Source: Sphingomonadales bacterium (lineage in GTDB: Bacteria > Pseudomonadota > Alphaproteobacteria > Sphingomonadales > Sphingomonadaceae). From it: a stretch of DNA of 64,000 bases. The translations under genes were made by a program, and so were the position numbers. The stretch spans positions 105,294-169,293 of the forward strand of contig JBBSFH010000003.1 in the NCBI GenBank assembly GCA_038238915.1. Direction: 5' to 3'. This document shows positions 62,601 through 64,000 of this stretch, piece by piece (the first letter of the stretch is position 1; each line of letters begins with the position of its first letter). The notes beneath the pieces were generated by a model. That model was given only the letters and a program-made list of their open reading frames with translations. It was not told the origin of the DNA and did no database searches.

Positions 62601-63410
62601 CAGCGCGGCATCGGCGGCCACCCGCGCGACGCCGCTCAGGCGGGTGACCGGGGGTGCCGTCACCGGGTTGCGCACGGACCCGATTGTCACGTCGTTCGAC
62701 ATCGCGCTCGCGGGGCTTCGTGTGCCGTTCCATGCCATCGACTTGGCTGCGGCGGGGGGTGGGGTCGATGTGGCTGGGGACGGCGTTGCTGCCGACGTGG
62801 ACGGGGCGGATGCGCTGGCCTTGTCCGGCGCTGGTGCGGTAGGCGCAGGCGCAGGCATCGGGCCGAAGCCGTCGTCATAATGCGCCGCAGGTGGCGGATT
62901 GGTGTTCGCGGGCTGACTGCTTGCGCGTTCGGCGGGGCGCTGGCCGGGCTGGGCGGTATCGCCAGCCCAGTCGAGCAAACCCTCGCCCGGCCCGCGCGCC
63001 CGGCCGGGGATTACCCGCACCCGGCGCAGACTGCGGCCGGTCAGCGCGCGTAGCGAGACATAGGGGCTATCCGTAGTGGGGAGGACTTCCACTTCGAAGG
63101 CCCCAGGCCCTGTCGCGGGCGCGGTTGCGAGCCCGAAATAGAGCTTCTCCGATCCGACGAACCGCGCGAGGATTTCGGGCGGCAGCACATAGACCGCCTC
63201 GCCGCGAGGGGCTGCGAGCGGACCGCCCGCACGGCTCGAATAGAAATTGCCCGCCGAACGCCGCGCCTTGCCCTCGGGTGCCAGCAGTGCGGGATCGGTC
63301 GCGACGGCCACCTCGGCGCGGCGAGGTTCGCCGTGGGTGCGGATGGTGAAGCCCAGCATCGGGAAGCGGTCGTTCACCTCGAGGCGGGTCGGGCGGATCA
63401 TCGCTGGCAT
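59619..63410 (-). CDS. Giant multidomain protein (1263 aa): unknown N-domain, Pro-rich linker, Gly-zipper hydrophobic region, Amidase_2 (PGRP-type N-acetylmuramoyl-L-alanine amidase), YiiX/permuted-papain NlpC/P60-like domain, second papain-like Cys peptidase domain, unknown C-domain
   Basis: ATG at 63410 follows the TAG of the upstream gene inside ORF 59619..63731. Amidase_2: RTIDRVVIHITDANTTG...AHYLVGQDGEIVQFV...AWHAHGVNSRSIGIEH...IIGHSEA...CPN (nt ~61512-61958). YiiX-like: QVGDIILSTTDATISRAIRAATSGQVSHVMLYV...NDSFFCSELVLEAY (nt ~60897-61400). Papain-like: QHTGTTCVGAATAMVVGW...DSGHAVVVVGLYSDG...VRVADPW (nt ~60252-60764). Gly-rich: GLGPSVGAGLGAGGTLGAGIIFG... (nt ~62142-62639). Confidence 0.8.
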   Translation of the reverse strand: MPAMIRPTRLEVNDRFPMLGFTIRTHGEPRRAEVAVATDPALLAPEGKARRSAGNFYSSRAGGPLAAPRGEAVYVLPPEILARFVGSEKLYFGLATAPATGPGAFEVEVLPTTDSPYVSLRALTGRSLRRVRVIPGRARGPGEGLLDWAGDTAQPGQRPAERASSQPANTNPPPAAHYDDGFGPMPAPAPTAPAPDKASASAPSTSAATPSPATSTPPPAAAKSMAWNGTRSPASAMSNDVTIGSVRNPVTAPPVTRLSGVARVAADAALMVLTGPLAPMIAALRLAATASAAAGTPVSIGLGPSVGAGLGAGGTLGAGIIFGPDNSLGVYGSAQFDVGFVLSVNASVQITVIRGAIDAFGGWSNSATISGGEGIVAGASALFDTQANFQGVSAQVGVGAGFSPVDFYVSVQRSVATTLGMAAALGECGPRASAMDVDPDTMGIEGPAASDPSVQTQAWSGALAATPDYPRASRFEASPAFTSRPGRTIDRVVIHITDANTTGSTVGHFTRADANSSAHYLVGQDGEIVQFVRELDIAWHAHGVNSRSIGIEHVCVNQRGATYGRTTLPALPPTDIQYAESAALVSYLCDKYSIPTDRTHIIGHSEADAHTTHTSCPNAAPWDWDHFMQMIQQRVSLPTGQSLGLPPRTARLFDAEIPLDPGVGGQSIGMNALQVGDIILSTTDATISRAIRAATSGQVSHVMLYVDQGGQVIEAVGEGVRMVPLGDAIASATVAVAFRVPGLTRDQRQQVADAAAAHIGQDYNHIGIARQALFQIDQRLCSALPNGLSDRCRAFAGRIDMGTASNDSFFCSELVLEAYRAAGQPLTSEQPNWASPDDIANLRFDFSKLRYIGHLKAAPSGGLFGHLLAYAKSTPARAMDSGAFSVTWDDVDLVPQHTGTTCVGAATAMVVGWRDRVSVDEDMLARLCAISLTDGQSPLAAARARFAKQVGLEVGPPQCFNVDGFRQLVEAHGPMVVTKLMAPGQTGFDSGHAVVVVGLYSDGTNAYVRVADPWDRVVGTPQAPGSYLDTHTTGSRYIMRFEEFMNDYEMRQARVEDNILQIMYAPDTGGRQPNRGSPPAGYAQSYAPRRMAPPPPTRTAARGLDVGPPPLGMRRTETTARDGVTFSLEQLDGMRAPRTQVMMNADIQSGMISVADWPRMPDEHGRTFGAVKIAWHYGGGTVGDVRVMPENAGLSDGWSLAVEGEVLDGPDSETVAGMTVELRHRFTHATQPEHRSAVRVILHGDGRHDRTNEWELDPLHVSA

Positions 63411-63414
63411 GGGG

Positions 63415-63798
63415 CTACCTCGGTCCGATGGGCGACGCGGGCGTCGCGGGGTTGGTGTGCGTTGGAAGCGGACGGGCACGCGCGCGGATCGCGCGGCGCT
63501 CGAAATCGGGGACGCTGCCGAGTAGCGCGCTGAGCGCATCATCATCGGTGACCTCGGCAATCGGTCCATGTGCGGCCTCGAAGCGCTCGACCGCGTCCGA
63601 AAACAGCCGCGCGAACAGCTTGGCCTGCACCGGTCCCGCCACGATGCGCGAATGGACGTGGACCGAGTCGGTCTCGGGGCGGAACTGGCCGAAATCCAGC
63701 AGGAACTCGAAGGCATTGTGGCCGACTTCACAATAGTTCGCGTAAACCGCGAGCGGTGCGCCGTTGGTAGCCGGGGCGAGTGCGGGTGGGGTCATCAC
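63415..63798 (-). CDS. DUF3467-like small protein (first gene of the sigma-54 operon)
   Basis: (GTG)MMTPPALAPATNGAPLAVYANYCEVGHNAFEFLLDFGQFRPE...VHSRIVAGPVQAKLFARLFSDAVERFE. The YAN..V.H...EF.LDF core matches my recollection of DUF3467. Confidence 0.6.
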   Translation of the reverse strand: MMTPPALAPATNGAPLAVYANYCEVGHNAFEFLLDFGQFRPETDSVHVHSRIVAGPVQAKLFARLFSDAVERFEAAHGPIAEVTDDDALSALLGSVPDFERRAIRARARPLPTHTNPATPASPIGPR

Positions 63799-63807
63799 GC
63801 AGCGCGA

Positions 63808-63823
63808 TGCAATCGGCGTGCCA
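63808..63823 (-). promoter_or_regulatory. Sigma-54 (RpoN) -24/-12 promoter
   Basis: The minus strand reads cTTGGCACgccgaTTGCATcgcg, which is TGGCAC-N5-TTGCA, the full consensus. It lies in the 121-nt gap between the Fis-HTH regulator stop (63920) and the operon's first start codon (63798/63795). Confidence 0.6.
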
Positions 63824-63919
63824 AGCCGAAACAGCGCGGGTGAGGGCGGGAGACAGCGTTCCGGCGATCCGATGTTACAAGCGCGGTGTCACATCGGCCC
63901 CGGCACTGCGAGACACCCG

Positions 63920-64000
63920 TTACACGCCAACGCTGCGTTCGATGTTGTAGTGCGCAAGCTTGCGGTAGAGCGTCATGCGCGACCAGTTGAGTGCCTTGGC
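63920..64000 (-). CDS. 3' end (last 26 codons) of a Fis-type HTH regulator, probably a sigma-54 enhancer-binding protein; the rest lies outside the window
   Basis: The minus-strand frame reads ...AKALNWSRMTLYRKLAHYNIERSVGV*. This is the characteristic C-terminal HTH_8 (..S..TLYRKL..Y.I) of NtrC-family activators. Confidence 0.55.
   Translation of the reverse strand, partial: AKALNWSRMTLYRKLAHYNIERSVGV

Noticed and set aside
59619-63731. Start of the giant hydrolase at 63731 (1370 aa)
   Set aside because: The first 107 codons overlap the DUF3467-like gene out of frame and are Ser/Arg/Pro nonsense. An ATG at 63410 follows that gene's TAG stop and is preceded by GAGG.

Overview
High-GC segment (about two-thirds G+C by eye, not computed). 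Gene content looks alphaproteobacterial, sphingomonad-like. I recognised no rRNA, tRNA, CRISPR array, transposase or integrase. Layout: (1) 1-3.4 kb: a fused hydantoinase/5-oxoprolinase gene that runs off the window edge, so it is missing from the ORF track, followed by a GntR regulator. (2) 4.7-7.5 kb: a membrane-anchored coiled-coil protein. (3) 7.5-19.9 kb: a full Tad/Cpa Flp-pilus locus. It has single-base frameshifts in cpaE and cpaC, and two flp pilin genes under 60 aa that the ORF track cannot show. (4) 20.4-25.9 kb: a LacI / TonB-dependent receptor / GH144-like glycan-utilisation unit. (5) 26.2-29.5 kb: bphO-bphP, a bacteriophytochrome with an HWE kinase and a receiver domain. (6) 29.8-34.2 kb: candidate novel system 1. 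An M43 metalloprotease and a LamG lectin-fold protein share one C-terminal module (KDxPKDxx tandem repeats, a Gly-rich block, a conserved helical tail). An MvdD-type ATP-grasp ligase follows them. (7) 34.5-37.8 kb: an amino-acid permease, a patatin lipoprotein and a small Lys/Ala-rich protein. (8) 38.2-48.0 kb: a TetR-controlled catabolic block with a BVMO, an MBL hydrolase, an Fe-ADH, an acyl-CoA ligase, a CoA-transferase and a TBDR. (9) 48.2-63.8 kb: candidate novel system 2, a tightly packed 15.6-kb minus-strand operon behind a consensus sigma-54 promoter. It encodes four paralogs of one unknown family, two of a second family, an S8 protease, a possible ABBA-fold protein, a DUF3467-like protein and a 1263-aa multi-hydrolase. 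The 3' end of a Fis-HTH (probable sigma-54 activator) gene lies at the window edge. A ~50-bp intergenic repeat occurs at least 5 times, always in the same orientation. Many long ORFs in the track are antisense shadows typical of high-GC DNA. All family assignments come from motif recognition by eye, with no searches run. Coordinates I derived by hand (small genes, hairpins, repeats, promoter) may be off by about 2 nt.
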